Positions 48,991 through 60,110 of a DNA stretch of 64,000 bases are shown piece by piece (the first letter of the stretch is position 1; each line of letters opens with the position of its first letter). The notes beneath the pieces were generated by a model. The model was not told the DNA's origin and ran no database searches. It was given only the letters and a program-made list of their open reading frames with translations. Source of the stretch: Bdellovibrionota bacterium FG-1 (GTDB lineage Bacteria; Bdellovibrionota; UBA1018); contig JBBCAW010000018.1 in NCBI GenBank assembly GCA_051382295.1, forward strand, positions 23,951 to 87,950, in the 5' to 3' direction. A program made the position numbers and the translations under genes.

Positions 48991-51435
48991 ATGGAAAGCA
49001 TGGGGATGGTTTTGATGAGTCGCATTCGCGGTCTGGCGGGCATAAAAAGCCTGTTGTCTGGCTGCGCGATCATCCTTTTTACGGCGACGACCGCCTGGGC
49101 CAATGAAAAAGGAGCTTCAGATCCCGCGACTTTCCTGAGTCGCTGGTGGGGTGGTCATGAAATCGAACGTCAAGGTCCTAACGGTAAATACTCCGGCCAA
49201 TTATTCCAACGCTTTGTTTGGATCGACAACCAACCCGCGTTCAACATCGGTAGCATTATTTCATTCCGTTTTCCCAAGGCGGGCCTTCCAAAAGGAGCTG
49301 ACGGAAAACCCGTCTTCGATCGCAAAGAAATCGCCGAAACGATTCGCCAAGCGATGGGCTTTAAAGCCTGGAATCAACGAAAACAAAAAGATGCGTCGGT
49401 GTATGAAGCCGAGTGGGCAGCCGTGAATCGCTCGATGCGTGTGTATATCTGGGAAACCAGCGAAACGTATGCCTACTCGATTGCGACCTACCGGCCTGCC
49501 TTTGCCGAAACCTTTGCCCTTGAATCCGAATGGATTCAGCGCCACCTCGCCAATGCCATGGACAAACCGCGCCCGTGGATGGAGAAGTGGCTTCGTAACC
49601 CCGAGACGCGCGTTGTATCGAGTGCCGAAAACTCGTCCCCCTCGTCTCTATGGACCAGTTTTCTATTCTCCTCCTGGGCTTCGTTCGAGTTCTTTCAATC
49701 GGCGAATGCCGGACCCTGTGCGAGCTGTACCGTTGGCGTAGATCCCCCGGGTTGCTGGGCCGCCGCGGCAAGCTGCCATGAAGGTGCTTTTATGGGGCAA
49801 CTCGGTGCACTGGGGTCTGCGGGTGGTGATATGGCCACTGCCATCAATGGCGTCAATGGTCATGCATCGCAGGGGGTTGATGATTGGCAGCAAACAAATG
49901 CAGAAGTCACAAAATCCAATGCGAATTGGGCCGCCACCAATCGCCAACTGGTGGATGCTAATAAGAACGCGCAGGATTTTAATTTTCAGTTTAAACGCAC
50001 CAACGATCTCATGGAAAAATTCATGGATCCCGCTAACGCTTTCGCGTTCGCTGCGTCCGCCGCCGCCGGAGCGACGCTGGGTGCGCTCGCTGTCAACATG
50101 GCGGTTCAGGGACTGAGCGAGGCAGGCGGCGCCATTTACGAGGCGATTACCCACGAGAAGGATAAGGCAAAACGCCTGGAAGCTTTTCAAAAGGCCCGCG
50201 AAATTTTCGAAAAATCGAATTTAGCGGCTAAAGAACTCGAAAAGACCATCGATAACATGATGGAATGGCGCAAGATCGGCAAGGGCTTTAGCCTCTCCCG
50301 TGAAGAAGTCATCAGTAAGCTCGGCACCGAAACCGAATTGCTTCGCGGAGATATTGTTATCAACACTGAGCGTCGAAACCAGGCCCTGAGGGCCGGGGAT
50401 AGAGCTTGTGCCGAAGAATTATCGGGAACTATTAATCAAATTAATCGCAAGATCAGGGAATACGAAGACATTGGCAAAGCGCTTGACGGTGTTTTCGGAG
50501 ATCAGGCGTTTTGTGAAGGACTCCTGGATAAATTGCGCGCTATCCGAAAGACGGAAGGGGCACTCGAAGATGCCCGAAAGATCATCATAGGTGCCGAAAC
50601 CTCATTCATGGAGGACCGCCATAACGAGTTTGTCAAGGGCAGTAAAGATATCCATGATACTGCCAAGGCGTCCCATTTTGCGAGTTACCAAAAAGCACGT
50701 GAAAACCGGATTAACTTTGCCGAGGAAAACCGCGATCATGAATTGGAGGCCATCCAGAAAATCGTGGATCGCGAAATCAATAACTGCGTTGTAGATATTG
50801 ATGAAGGAAAAATCTGTGATCGTTTTGATCGAGACGCCGCAATCGATATGGGGGAGCGTCGTCGCCAAATGACCCTCGAGCAAAAAAATCCAAATACTTC
50901 ATTGGATCGCCGTCTTTATCTTGAATCTTACAGCGACTACCTGGTTCGTTGGGAGAAATGGCAGTCGTCCCAGCGCGAGCAGTGCCAGCAAAAAAACGGA
51001 GCGACGATCGGGGGACAGATCCCTGTTTTTGCGGCTTTAGTTCGAGGCCGAAAATCCTATCGAAATTGGTGCGAAAACTACCTCAACGGACGCCGCCCCT
51101 TTATTGATTTAGGTAAACGCAAAGTTGATGTCAGGAACGCGTATGACGAAGCAGTGCTGTCGGCCGAGAAAGAATACGCCTCCGCGGCTCGTGTCAAAGA
51201 CGCGCTCGCTCCGCACAACCTGACCCATGAGAAAGCACTCAACGCCTGGGCAGAATGGTTTAGGACCGTCCGAAACGAACAGGCCTGCCTAGTTTCAGAG
51301 GCCGCCTGCGATGCTGACTCTGAAGTCGATGAGGCATCTTTGGTGAGCCGGTATAAAAGTCTAGCTAAAAAGGCCTCTCAAATTGAAAAAGTCTGCCAGC
51401 AGTTTAAAGTGACTCCCGGCTACCGGACCAACTAA
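48991..51435 (+). CDS. Large secreted hypothetical protein with a hydrophobic hairpin and long coiled coils
   Basis: 814-aa ORF; signal peptide ending AWA; Gly/Ala-rich hydrophobic segment; paired Cys. Confidence 0.7.
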   Translation: MESMGMVLMSRIRGLAGIKSLLSGCAIILFTATTAWANEKGASDPATFLSRWWGGHEIERQGPNGKYSGQLFQRFVWIDNQPAFNIGSIISFRFPKAGLPKGADGKPVFDRKEIAETIRQAMGFKAWNQRKQKDASVYEAEWAAVNRSMRVYIWETSETYAYSIATYRPAFAETFALESEWIQRHLANAMDKPRPWMEKWLRNPETRVVSSAENSSPSSLWTSFLFSSWASFEFFQSANAGPCASCTVGVDPPGCWAAAASCHEGAFMGQLGALGSAGGDMATAINGVNGHASQGVDDWQQTNAEVTKSNANWAATNRQLVDANKNAQDFNFQFKRTNDLMEKFMDPANAFAFAASAAAGATLGALAVNMAVQGLSEAGGAIYEAITHEKDKAKRLEAFQKAREIFEKSNLAAKELEKTIDNMMEWRKIGKGFSLSREEVISKLGTETELLRGDIVINTERRNQALRAGDRACAEELSGTINQINRKIREYEDIGKALDGVFGDQAFCEGLLDKLRAIRKTEGALEDARKIIIGAETSFMEDRHNEFVKGSKDIHDTAKASHFASYQKARENRINFAEENRDHELEAIQKIVDREINNCVVDIDEGKICDRFDRDAAIDMGERRRQMTLEQKNPNTSLDRRLYLESYSDYLVRWEKWQSSQREQCQQKNGATIGGQIPVFAALVRGRKSYRNWCENYLNGRRPFIDLGKRKVDVRNAYDEAVLSAEKEYASAARVKDALAPHNLTHEKALNAWAEWFRTVRNEQACLVSEAACDADSEVDEASLVSRYKSLAKKASQIEKVCQQFKVTPGYRTN

Positions 51436-51447
51436 GATCAATAGGGT

Positions 51448-52215
51448 TTACATCGCCTCGCGGTGCAGGCGATCCAAAATTTCGCGATAAAATTTGAGGT
51501 AATCCAGACCTCGCGTATGACCCATAAATTGGCCAATCTGCGCATAATGATCGCCGCGGTAGGTGCAGATGTGCGTGCCCCACGTGGCCGAGTGCACTGA
51601 CACAAAGCCGTCGTTATCGCCTTCGAGTTTGCGCAAAAGGTGGTAGGGACCCCAGAAAATCGGAAGCGAATGTTGAACAAAGGTTTTGGGGATCGCACTG
51701 GTGGCGCTGAAGTAAGCTACGCCGGGGACATCGGGCATTTGCGAGGACCAGACTTCGGCATTGTACTGGGTGGTCAGTTGCTTGAGTCCGTCGTTGCTCA
51801 AGCCCAGATGGTGCAAAAAGCGATTGGTCGCCGTCAGATTCTTTTGGCCTATGACGGCGGTCGCGATATCCCCCATCAGGGTGCCTCGGTGAGGGGTGCC
51901 AATACTCGTCACGCTGGCAATACGTTCTCCGAAGTCGAGTTGGGAGGTGACGTAGCGAGAGTCCAGGCCGCCCATACTGTGACCAATGAGATTGACCTTG
52001 CCCGCGGGAAAAGCTTTTTCAATCTGCGCCTTGAGCTGCTTGGCGCGAAATTCAATCGAGTGCCATAATGATAGTTTGGCGACCAGAAAGGGAATTTTTG
52101 CCTCTCTGAGAATCGCATGAAGCCCATAAAAATAGTCGAGTGGTCCCAGGGAGCTGCGGGATCCTAGTCCGTGGACCAAAACAATCGGGTGTTTGAGCGT
52201 GGGCGAATTTGACAT
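51448..52215 (-). CDS. Triacylglycerol-lipase-type alpha/beta hydrolase
   Basis: PIVLVHGL, GHSMGGLDSR, GTPHRG, NDGFV, DH. Confidence 0.88.
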   Translation of the reverse strand: MSNSPTLKHPIVLVHGLGSRSSLGPLDYFYGLHAILREAKIPFLVAKLSLWHSIEFRAKQLKAQIEKAFPAGKVNLIGHSMGGLDSRYVTSQLDFGERIASVTSIGTPHRGTLMGDIATAVIGQKNLTATNRFLHHLGLSNDGLKQLTTQYNAEVWSSQMPDVPGVAYFSATSAIPKTFVQHSLPIFWGPYHLLRKLEGDNDGFVSVHSATWGTHICTYRGDHYAQIGQFMGHTRGLDYLKFYREILDRLHREAM

Positions 52216-52259
52216 CTAGCTAAGGATAACGCCTATTGGGGTGTGGTAATAGATAAATC

Positions 52260-54416
52260 ATGACCACCAAAACTCGACGCCCCTTTGAGTTGCAAACTCC
52301 GTTTGAGCCCACCGGCGACCAGCCGGCGGCAATTAAACGTCTGGTGAAAGAACTGAAGGCCGGCAAGAGCGCGCAGGTTTTGCTGGGGGTCACGGGGTCG
52401 GGCAAAACTTTTACCATGGCCAATGTGATTGCGCAGCTGGGTCGACCGACGTTGATTTTGAGTCATAACAAAACGCTGGCGGCGCAGTTGTTTTCGGAGT
52501 TTCGGGAGTTTTTCCCGAAAAATGCGGTTGAGTATTTTGTGAGTTATTACGATTACTATCAACCCGAAGCCTATATTCCTTCGTCCGATACCTATATTGA
52601 AAAAGACTCCCAGATCAATGACGAGATCGATAAACTCAGGCACTCGGCGACCCGTTCTTTGTTAGAACGGGATGATGTGATTATCGTGTCCTCGATTTCG
52701 TGTATTTATGGTTTGGGCTCGCCCGAAGCCTACGAGGGTATGCTTTTGTATCTGGAAGTCGGGCGCGAGATGAAGCGCCAGGATGTGCTCAAGAAATTAA
52801 TCGAAATTCAATACAAGCGCAACGACGTGGATTTTCACCGCGGCACGTTTCGCGTGCGGGGAGATGTGATTGAGATTTTTCCCGCTTACGAAGAAGAGCG
52901 GGCCATTCGCGTCGAATTTTTTGGGGATGAGATAGAGGCGATCTCGGAGGTCGATCCCTTGCGCGGGGTGCGCACGGCCAAACTGAATCGCGTGACGGTT
53001 TTTCCAGGGAGCCATTATGTGACGACCGTGGAAAATCGCAAGCGGGCGATTGAGACCGTTCGGGTGGAGTTGCGCGAGCATTTGGCGAGGCTCAATGAGA
53101 ATGGAAGATTGGTCGAAGCGCAGCGGCTGACGCAACGGACACTTTTTGATCTGGAAATGATGGAAGAGCTGGGTTTTTGTCAGGGGATTGAAAACTATTC
53201 CAGGCACCTGACCGGACGGGCTCCGGGCGAGGCGCCGCCCACGTTGTTGGAATATTTTCCGAAGAAAGATTGGCTACTTATCGTGGACGAAAGTCACGTC
53301 TCGGTTCCTCAGATCGGGGGGATGTCGCGTGGCGACCGGGCTCGCAAGATGACGTTGGTGGAGCATGGGTTTCGGTTGCCATCGGCGCTAGATAATCGAC
53401 CCCTGAATTTTGAGGAATGGGAACGCTCGCTCAATCAGACGCTCTATGTGTCGGCTACGCCAGGCGAATATGAATTAGGCAAAACCAACGGAGAAGTCGT
53501 CGAGCAGGTGATTCGACCTACGGGCCTTTTGGATCCTGAAGTCGAGGTCCGGCCCGCGACTTCGCAAGTCGACAACCTCTTGATCGAGATCCGCAAACGC
53601 GTGGGTAAAGGCGACCGGGTTTTGGTCACGGTCTTGACGAAGAAGTTGGCCGAGGATTTGACCCGCTATTATCAAGAGCAAGGCGTGCGCGTGAAATACC
53701 TGCATTCGGATATCGATACGCTGGAGCGGATTGAAATTTTGCGGGATTTACGTTTAGGCACTTTTGACGTTTTGGTCGGGATCAATTTACTTCGAGAGGG
53801 TTTGGATCTTCCCGAGGTTTCGTTAGTCGCTATTTTGGATGCGGACAAAGAGGGATTTTTGCGAAGTTTTCGCTCCCTGATTCAAACGATCGGCCGGGCG
53901 GCTCGAAATATTGATGGTTATGTCATTTTGTACGCGGATCGCATGACCGAGAGTATGCGCAAGGCGATTGACGAGACCAATCGACGTCGGGAGATTCAGC
54001 GGGAGTACAACCAAGTGCATGGCATCACCCCTCAGACGATTCGAAAGGCGATTCCGGCGCCGATGACGCTGGGGGGGGCGGGGGGGGATGAAGAGACGCG
54101 GGATTCTTCGGGTCGGATGGACACAGCCGCCTTAGCCAAAAGGGCTTTGAGAACTGGGGCAGGATCGGGATTTGGGGAGAGTAATCGGCTTTTGCGGGCC
54201 GCGGAGAGTGAGCTTGATCTTTTGGATGGCGCCGCTCAGTTAGCGCAAATTCAAGAAGCGGCCGGGGATTATTTTGAATCAGCCGCCAAGTTAGCGCAGA
54301 CCATTACTCGGATGGAGACCGACATGAAGGATGCCGCGCGAGCCATGCAGTTTGAGAAAGCGGCGGAACTTCGAGATCGGCTCAAGCGGCTAAAAATGCT
54401 CAGTCTTGGGCTTTGA
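52260..54416 (+). CDS. uvrB: Excinuclease ABC subunit B
   Basis: [36 protein letters not shown]-terminal FEKAAELRD. Confidence 0.98.
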   Translation: MTTKTRRPFELQTPFEPTGDQPAAIKRLVKELKAGKSAQVLLGVTGSGKTFTMANVIAQLGRPTLILSHNKTLAAQLFSEFREFFPKNAVEYFVSYYDYYQPEAYIPSSDTYIEKDSQINDEIDKLRHSATRSLLERDDVIIVSSISCIYGLGSPEAYEGMLLYLEVGREMKRQDVLKKLIEIQYKRNDVDFHRGTFRVRGDVIEIFPAYEEERAIRVEFFGDEIEAISEVDPLRGVRTAKLNRVTVFPGSHYVTTVENRKRAIETVRVELREHLARLNENGRLVEAQRLTQRTLFDLEMMEELGFCQGIENYSRHLTGRAPGEAPPTLLEYFPKKDWLLIVDESHVSVPQIGGMSRGDRARKMTLVEHGFRLPSALDNRPLNFEEWERSLNQTLYVSATPGEYELGKTNGEVVEQVIRPTGLLDPEVEVRPATSQVDNLLIEIRKRVGKGDRVLVTVLTKKLAEDLTRYYQEQGVRVKYLHSDIDTLERIEILRDLRLGTFDVLVGINLLREGLDLPEVSLVAILDADKEGFLRSFRSLIQTIGRAARNIDGYVILYADRMTESMRKAIDETNRRREIQREYNQVHGITPQTIRKAIPAPMTLGGAGGDEETRDSSGRMDTAALAKRALRTGAGSGFGESNRLLRAAESELDLLDGAAQLAQIQEAAGDYFESAAKLAQTITRMETDMKDAARAMQFEKAAELRDRLKRLKMLSLGL

Positions 54417-55056
54417 AAAATTTATTAAAGGCTTCGTTTGAAAGTTCTTCCAAGAATCTCAAGCGCGGCGGGAGGTGGGCCGCTTCGGTTTTGCTTTCCG
54501 CAGTGACGGTGCGTTCGGCCTCGGCAACCCCACTTCGGCGGTCCGGATTCTTTGGGTCCGTGTGTTCAAAATCGAGCTGCACTTGAACTTTAGCTGAAAG
54601 CGATTTGACCTTGAAAAGCCGCTGGGTTTTGCCTTCTTTTTCACCCCGCTCGGCGGCAAGCTGGCTATCGTAGAGCTCTTCGCTCGAATAGCCGTCTTTT
54701 TGCTCGGCACTAAACTGGAGCACCTTGGCCTTGAGCGCGTAATCAGCCCCCGCGCGGCGAGCAATGCCCACCCAATCAGTAGGATCTTGCTCCGTAGCCG
54801 TGCGCGCCTGATTGATCTCTTGTTTTGGAATAATTTCAAAGCTGCCCCGTTGAACCAATTGGTTGATCAGGGCGACCTCGACGACCGCGCGAGCCGTGGC
54901 TTCGCCTTCAATTTCGATTAAGGCTACTTTTTTGCCCTCTAATTCCGAGAGGACTGGCTTTTTCTTGGCGGCATGCGAGCACCCCGTAGCCGCCAGGCCA
55001 ACGATGAGGGAAAAAAAGCCAACTGCCTTGCTCAACTTACATCGATTGAAGCACAC
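54400..55056 (-). CDS. Hypothetical lipoprotein
   Basis: Lipobox ATGC; alpha/beta pattern reminiscent of CsgG/LpoB-type folds (KKVALI...GADY.L). Confidence 0.65.
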   Translation of the reverse strand: MCFNRCKLSKAVGFFSLIVGLAATGCSHAAKKKPVLSELEGKKVALIEIEGEATARAVVEVALINQLVQRGSFEIIPKQEINQARTATEQDPTDWVGIARRAGADYALKAKVLQFSAEQKDGYSSEELYDSQLAAERGEKEGKTQRLFKVKSLSAKVQVQLDFEHTDPKNPDRRSGVAEAERTVTAESKTEAAHLPPRLRFLEELSNEAFNKFFKAQD

Positions 55057-55498
55057 CGGCGTAGATCAGGATCTTGAGGTCGGTGCGAAAGATGACTTCA
55101 ATTTTATTGGGATAAATGAGTTTGCCCACAATGCCTTCGCCAAACGAAGGGTGATTGAGCTTGTCCCCTAAAAGAAAATGCCCTTTGGTGGAGTAGCTCT
55201 TGAGTGGGGTATCTTTATGAGACGCCATCAGCTTTTCCCATTCGACTTCGATGGAGTGGCTGACAGATTCTTCAGACTCTTTCTTTTTGCTGGCTCGCTT
55301 CGCTTTTGGGGCTGCAGTCGGCGTGTCAATACCCTTGGGAGCCTTGTAAGCATGCTCTTTTTTGCATGTGTAGCATTGCACTTTAGCGATTCGATCGCCT
55401 TTCATAGCTACAATCACAGAATTGAGGTCCATCTTGCAGGTTGTGCAGTAAGCGATCGTCTCGGAGGCTACGGCGGTGGTGCCAGCTTTTGTGGGCAT
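55037..55498 (-). CDS. Hypothetical zinc-ribbon protein
   Basis: CTTCK...QCYTCKKEH; C-terminal Y.....F..GD...HPSFG.G.V. Confidence 0.75.
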   Translation of the reverse strand: MPTKAGTTAVASETIAYCTTCKMDLNSVIVAMKGDRIAKVQCYTCKKEHAYKAPKGIDTPTAAPKAKRASKKKESEESVSHSIEVEWEKLMASHKDTPLKSYSTKGHFLLGDKLNHPSFGEGIVGKLIYPNKIEVIFRTDLKILIYAGVLQSM

Positions 55499-55540
55499 GA
55501 ATTTCTCCTTAAATGCTTTTTGTGGTTATAGTGGAGTGGG

Positions 55541-57271
55541 ATGGAAAATCAACAGAGTTCTGTACTTACTGCTCATCTTAGTGCGCTTAGGGCTGAACTT
55601 TTGGTGAAAGCCAAGGATACGACGACCTCTCCGGGCGTTTATTTGATGAAAGATGCCTCTGGAATCATCGTCTACGTCGGAAAAGCTAAAAACCTGACAA
55701 ATAGGGTAAGTCAATATTTTCAGCCAGCGCCTCATTTGATTCCTCGAACTGAGATGATGGTTAACCGAGTTGATCGTTTCGAAGTTATTTTGACCGGTAC
55801 TGAGGCTGAGGCTTTGATTCTTGAAGCGACCCTCATCAAGAAACACAAACCCAAGTTTAACGTCAGGCTCAAAGACGACAAGGCTTATCCTTATCTCAAA
55901 ATTCAGGTTCAGGATTCTTATCCTCGGATTGAGTGGACGCGGCGGCCCCAAAACGACGGCGCGCGCTATTTTGGCCCGTTTCCATCGGCGTGGTCGGCTC
56001 GTCAGGTGATGGAACTCTTGAACGAAACCTTTAAGCTACGGGATTGTTCGGATAATACGTTTCGGCATCGTTCTCGACCTTGCATCTTGTTTCAAATTGG
56101 CAAATGCTCAGGCGCTTGTGTCAGGCAAGTGAGTGAGTCCGATTATCAGGAGGCGATTGCAAAGGTCGTCGGTATTTTGGAAGGTAAGCCCGATCAGATG
56201 GATCGACTGGTTCATGAATTGCGTCAGGGAATGGAGGACGCGGCTGAACACGAAGAGTACGAGCTTGCGGCCGAGTACCGCGATCAAATCCGTAATTTAA
56301 TGATTGTGACCGAAACCCAAGCAGTCGATGAAGCAGGATCCCGTCGTGATCGGGATGTGATGGCACTTGCGCGGCAAGGTGATTTCGCCCACGGAACATT
56401 ATTGCGGGTCCGGCAGGGAAGAATGGTCGCGGTTCAACATTTTCAGCTGCAAAACACGGATCCCTCGCTCACGGATGCCGCGGTTCTTTCAGAGTTTGTG
56501 TCGCAGTATTATGCTTCGATTGCCGAGGGAGGCGGGGAGGATGCGAGTTTGCCGCCCGAGGTTTTGGTTCCTATGGCGCCGGATGAGTCCGAATGGTTTG
56601 AGCGGACCTTTGGCGTTGCGCTGAAAGTGGCCGAAAATCCCAAGGATGAGCAATTGCTCCAGGTCGCGCAGGCTAATGCCCGCTATGCTCTGGAGCAGGC
56701 CTTGAAAAAGGCCGAAGGACATGGCTTGGTGGCGCTCCAAGAAGTCCAAGAAAAGCTCCATCTGCCCCAGTTCCCGCATCGCATCGAATGTTATGATATT
56801 TCAAATACGCAGGGCGAAGAGTCGGTGGCTTCGCGCGTGGTGTTTATCGACGGCGCGCCCGATAAAAATCTTTATCGTCGGTATAAAATTAAAACGGTTC
56901 AAGGCTCCAACGATTTTGCGATGATGCGCGAGGTTTTGGATCGGCGTTTTTCGAACGACACAACTTTGCCGGACTTAGTGGTCGTCGATGGGGGTAAGGG
57001 ACAGCTTTCGCAAGCCGTGGCTATTTTATCCGAACTCAATATCCAGGGCGTGAGCGTGGTGGGCCTGGCAAAGGCGCGCACCGAAAGCGATTTTCAGGCC
57101 ACTGAGGTGAAGTCGTCGCAAGAGCGCATTTTTATTCCGAATCGCAAGAACCCAGTGCCACTCCTCCCTCATACTGCGGCGTACAAATTGCTGACCCATG
57201 TGCGGGACGAGGCGCATCGCTTTGCTATCACTTATCACAGGCTTCTGCGAGGTAAGCGAAGTCTGGGGTAA
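55541..57271 (+). CDS. uvrC: Excinuclease ABC subunit C, lacking the C-terminal HhH domain
   Basis: GVYLMKD..YVGKAKNL (GIY-YIG), C...C...C..C cluster, ECYDIS, VDGGKGQ, RDEAHRFA; ends at KRSLG. Confidence 0.95.
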   Translation: MENQQSSVLTAHLSALRAELLVKAKDTTTSPGVYLMKDASGIIVYVGKAKNLTNRVSQYFQPAPHLIPRTEMMVNRVDRFEVILTGTEAEALILEATLIKKHKPKFNVRLKDDKAYPYLKIQVQDSYPRIEWTRRPQNDGARYFGPFPSAWSARQVMELLNETFKLRDCSDNTFRHRSRPCILFQIGKCSGACVRQVSESDYQEAIAKVVGILEGKPDQMDRLVHELRQGMEDAAEHEEYELAAEYRDQIRNLMIVTETQAVDEAGSRRDRDVMALARQGDFAHGTLLRVRQGRMVAVQHFQLQNTDPSLTDAAVLSEFVSQYYASIAEGGGEDASLPPEVLVPMAPDESEWFERTFGVALKVAENPKDEQLLQVAQANARYALEQALKKAEGHGLVALQEVQEKLHLPQFPHRIECYDISNTQGEESVASRVVFIDGAPDKNLYRRYKIKTVQGSNDFAMMREVLDRRFSNDTTLPDLVVVDGGKGQLSQAVAILSELNIQGVSVVGLAKARTESDFQATEVKSSQERIFIPNRKNPVPLLPHTAAYKLLTHVRDEAHRFAITYHRLLRGKRSLG

Positions 57272-57281
57272 GTGGATCGCG

Positions 57282-58031
57282 CTATTTATTCAAAAATGCT
57301 TTGAGGAGTTCAATGGGCAACGGAATAATGGTGTGCGTATTGGTTTCGCTCGCGATTTCGGTAATCGTTTGAAGATAGCGAAGTTGTAAACTCATGGGCG
57401 CGCGCTCCATGACCATCGCGGCTTGCGAGAGCTTTTCGGAAGCTTGGAGTTCACCTTCGGCGGCGATGATTTTAGCGCGTCGTTCGCGTTCGGCCTCAGC
57501 TTGGCGGGCCATCGCACGTTGCATTTCGACGGGAAGGTCAATTTGTTTGACCTCGACGTTGGCCACTTTGACGCCCCAGCCTTCAGTCTGGGCATCTAAG
57601 ATGGATTGCAGGCGGTGATTGATCGAATCACGGGAGGAGAGCAATTCGTCCAGCTCGACTTGGCCGAGTACGGATCGCAAAGTGGTCTGCGCCAACTTGG
57701 AGGTCGCCATGAGGTAGTTTTCAACTTCAACTACAGCGCGATTGGGATCCACGACTTTGAAATAAACGACAGCGTTGACCTTAATCGTGACGTTGTCGCG
57801 CGAAATGACATCTTGAGGCGGAACATCCATGGTGATGGTGCGCAAATCCACGCGCACCATGCGATCGACAATGGGAATGAGGATAATCAAGCCAGGCCCC
57901 TTGGCTCCGATGATGCGTCCCAGTCTGAAAATCACGCCGCGTTCATATTCATTGAGAACTTTAACGCTGAGGAAGAGGAAGAGACCCATCAGGATGACTA
58001 AGAATAAAAAACCACCGGAAAGAAGTTCCAT
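57282..58031 (-). CDS. SPFH/stomatin (slipin) family protein
   Basis: [39 protein letters not shown]. Confidence 0.92.
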   Translation of the reverse strand: MELLSGGFLFLVILMGLFLFLSVKVLNEYERGVIFRLGRIIGAKGPGLIILIPIVDRMVRVDLRTITMDVPPQDVISRDNVTIKVNAVVYFKVVDPNRAVVEVENYLMATSKLAQTTLRSVLGQVELDELLSSRDSINHRLQSILDAQTEGWGVKVANVEVKQIDLPVEMQRAMARQAEAERERRAKIIAAEGELQASEKLSQAAMVMERAPMSLQLRYLQTITEIASETNTHTIIPLPIELLKAFLNK

Positions 58032-58037
58032 TGGACA

Positions 58038-58529
58038 TTAACCTTTCTGAGAAGTGCGGGAGGGGAGCCGAGGGGAGGGTAGAGTGAGGCCGAGTTCGCG
58101 AGCGACCGCTTGAAGGTCAGACCAGGCTTCGCGTTTAGATTCGGGATGACGAAGAAGATCAGCGGGATGAAAAGTGGGCATGATCTGAGGGCTCTGCTGC
58201 TTGCCTTGAAAGGGATGAAACCGGCCCCTCAGGTCTGAGAGCGGGGTTTCAGTTTTTAAAAGAGCCTGGGTAGCCGCTTGGCCCAATGTGACAATGACTT
58301 GGACTTGCGAGGAGGGAATGTTCTCGGGAAGACAGTCACAGATATGAACCTGACTGAGATCGAGTCCCATAGCGCTGATCATTTTTTTGAGGAGGTCGCT
58401 TGCAGGATATTCACCCACAAAAATGAGGCGGGCTTCGGTAGCAGCGGTTGTGGCGGTTGTACCGATAGGACGAGCCATGACCAAAGTTCGATCAGGCAGA
58501 AAGCCTTTCCAGGTAGTTTGGGCGCACAT
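58038..58529 (-). CDS. Shortened family-4 uracil-DNA-glycosylase-like protein
   Basis: A.LIFVGE, IVTLG..A, RGRF, MPTFHPA.LLR.P..KREAW.DL. Motif A and the Fe-S cysteines are largely missing. Confidence 0.7.
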   Translation of the reverse strand: MCAQTTWKGFLPDRTLVMARPIGTTATTAATEARLIFVGEYPASDLLKKMISAMGLDLSQVHICDCLPENIPSSQVQVIVTLGQAATQALLKTETPLSDLRGRFHPFQGKQQSPQIMPTFHPADLLRHPESKREAWSDLQAVARELGLTLPSPRLPSRTSQKG

Positions 58530-58562
58530 GATGGGGACTATCGATGATTTGAGCGGGAAAGT

Positions 58563-58799
58563 CTACTGGAGTCGATGCATCGCTTGGCGTGCCTTGATAC
58601 CACACTCGGGACAACGCGCGGACTCGTGCGTCAAGTTTCTGACGAAATCCGTCGTATGGGTGAAGTGGAGATTAGCACCGCAAATGGCGCAGTGTGTGTA
58701 GCGGGCGACTACGTCCTTTGCGGTGCCAAAAATGGGCGAGAGTCCGGCGATCTCAGAAGCGGTTGAGTCATTGCTCATGGGTTCCTTTCTCTCGTTCAT
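58563..58799 (-). CDS. Small Zn-finger-like hypothetical protein
   Basis: HCAICG...RCPECG; SD AAGGAG upstream. Confidence 0.6.
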   Translation of the reverse strand: MNERKEPMSNDSTASEIAGLSPIFGTAKDVVARYTHCAICGANLHFTHTTDFVRNLTHESARCPECGIKARQAMHRLQ

Positions 58800-58962
58800 C
58801 TCGAATCTCCTTAGTTTTGCTCTCAGAGGGCCCCGTTGTGGTTGTGGAACCGATCTGACAATGAACTCATCGGTGTTGGGCGAATTCTCTAAACGGGAAA
58901 AATTTGCTGCCTTGGCGTGAGGATCATTGACTCCCTTGGGCGAGGTTTCGTAGCGTTGAGGG

Positions 58963-59979
58963 ATGAGGTTTTTTCAGTGGCTTTGGAATACTGGGGTTGT
59001 TGGGGGTGGGGTTTTAGGCTTTGGGCTCATGGTTTCAGCGGGTTGCACGAGTCATAAAGACATCTGGATTTATACGAGTCTTTCAAAGGAAGTGATTGCC
59101 GAGATGGCGGAGCCGTTGCAGGCCTCCGTTCCCGAGGCAAACGTCAAATGGTATCAAAGTGCGAGCGAAAACGTGGCCAATCGTCTCAGTACGGAGATGG
59201 AGAGTGGCAAAGTCAAAGCGGACCTGGTGCTCACGAGCGATCCCTTTTGGTTTTTTGAGATGAAAAAGCGCGGCAGACTCCTTCCCTATGAAAGTCCCTC
59301 TGCCCAAACGGTATTGCCGTCCTTTCAAGATCCCGAGCATATGTTTTCGGTGGTCCGTGTTCCCGTGATGGTGCTTGCCTATAATCCCAAGGCGATTTCG
59401 GCTTCCGATATCCCTGAGCGTTGGAAAGACCTGACCCATAGTCGCTTTCAAGCTAAGGCCTCGATGGGAAGTCCTCTGGAGTCGGTTTCAAATTTTGGCG
59501 TGGTTGCGGTTCTCTCGCAGCTCTATGGCTGGGAATATTTTGCCGAGCTTCGAAAGCGAGATGTCGTCGCGGAAGGGTCCCATACCTCGGTGCTCACACG
59601 CATTGAAACGGGTGAGCGTCCCGTGGGTGTTTTGCCCTTGGATGCGGTTTTGCGGGCGGGCGGACAACGTAAGGTCCTGCCGATTTTTCCGGCGGATGGC
59701 GTGATCCCGATTCCGGGCCTAATCGCGATTTTGCGGGAGACGGACCACCCGCAGACGACTCAAAAGATTTATGATTGGTTTTTTTCGATTCAAGCGCAAA
59801 GCGCGATCGTGCGGGGCGGAATGTATTCGGCCTTGCCCAAAATGGCGGCCCCCGAAGGCGCCCCTGCGTGGGCTCAAATTCAGGCCAAATTAAGCCCGGC
59901 CGCACTCAACGTCCTTCACGGAATGGTGGCGGGGCGGGATCAAGCCCGTGCAAAGTTCTCGGAGGTGTTTCTCCACTAA
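58963..59979 (+). CDS. ABC transporter substrate-binding lipoprotein (Fe3+/AfuA-like)
   Basis: Lipobox SAGC; IYTS, ADL, LAYN, P..WKDL, GER, P.DG. No permease adjacent. Confidence 0.8.
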   Translation: MRFFQWLWNTGVVGGGVLGFGLMVSAGCTSHKDIWIYTSLSKEVIAEMAEPLQASVPEANVKWYQSASENVANRLSTEMESGKVKADLVLTSDPFWFFEMKKRGRLLPYESPSAQTVLPSFQDPEHMFSVVRVPVMVLAYNPKAISASDIPERWKDLTHSRFQAKASMGSPLESVSNFGVVAVLSQLYGWEYFAELRKRDVVAEGSHTSVLTRIETGERPVGVLPLDAVLRAGGQRKVLPIFPADGVIPIPGLIAILRETDHPQTTQKIYDWFFSIQAQSAIVRGGMYSALPKMAAPEGAPAWAQIQAKLSPAALNVLHGMVAGRDQARAKFSEVFLH

Positions 59980-60000
59980 AAAAGGTGCTCCGCACCTTTT
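59980..60000. terminator. Hairpin AAAAGGTGC-TCC-GCACCTTTT, intrinsic terminator candidate
   Basis: Perfect 9-bp stem directly after the binding-protein stop codon. Confidence 0.55.
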
Positions 60001-60110
60001 GGTTGAGATCTGCGTCATTCCTTAGAATCCGCTGGCCTCAATGCACCCCCTGTCCCATAATTAGACTTGGGCCCCAAGATGGGGCCCTTCTAGGGACCTT
60101 TTTGAAAAGC

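Noticed and set aside
58866..58893. sigma28-like promoter TTTA-N15-ACCGATGA before the Zn-finger gene (similar weak site near 48954-48981)
   Set aside because: Matches are too degenerate to support without a genome-wide model.
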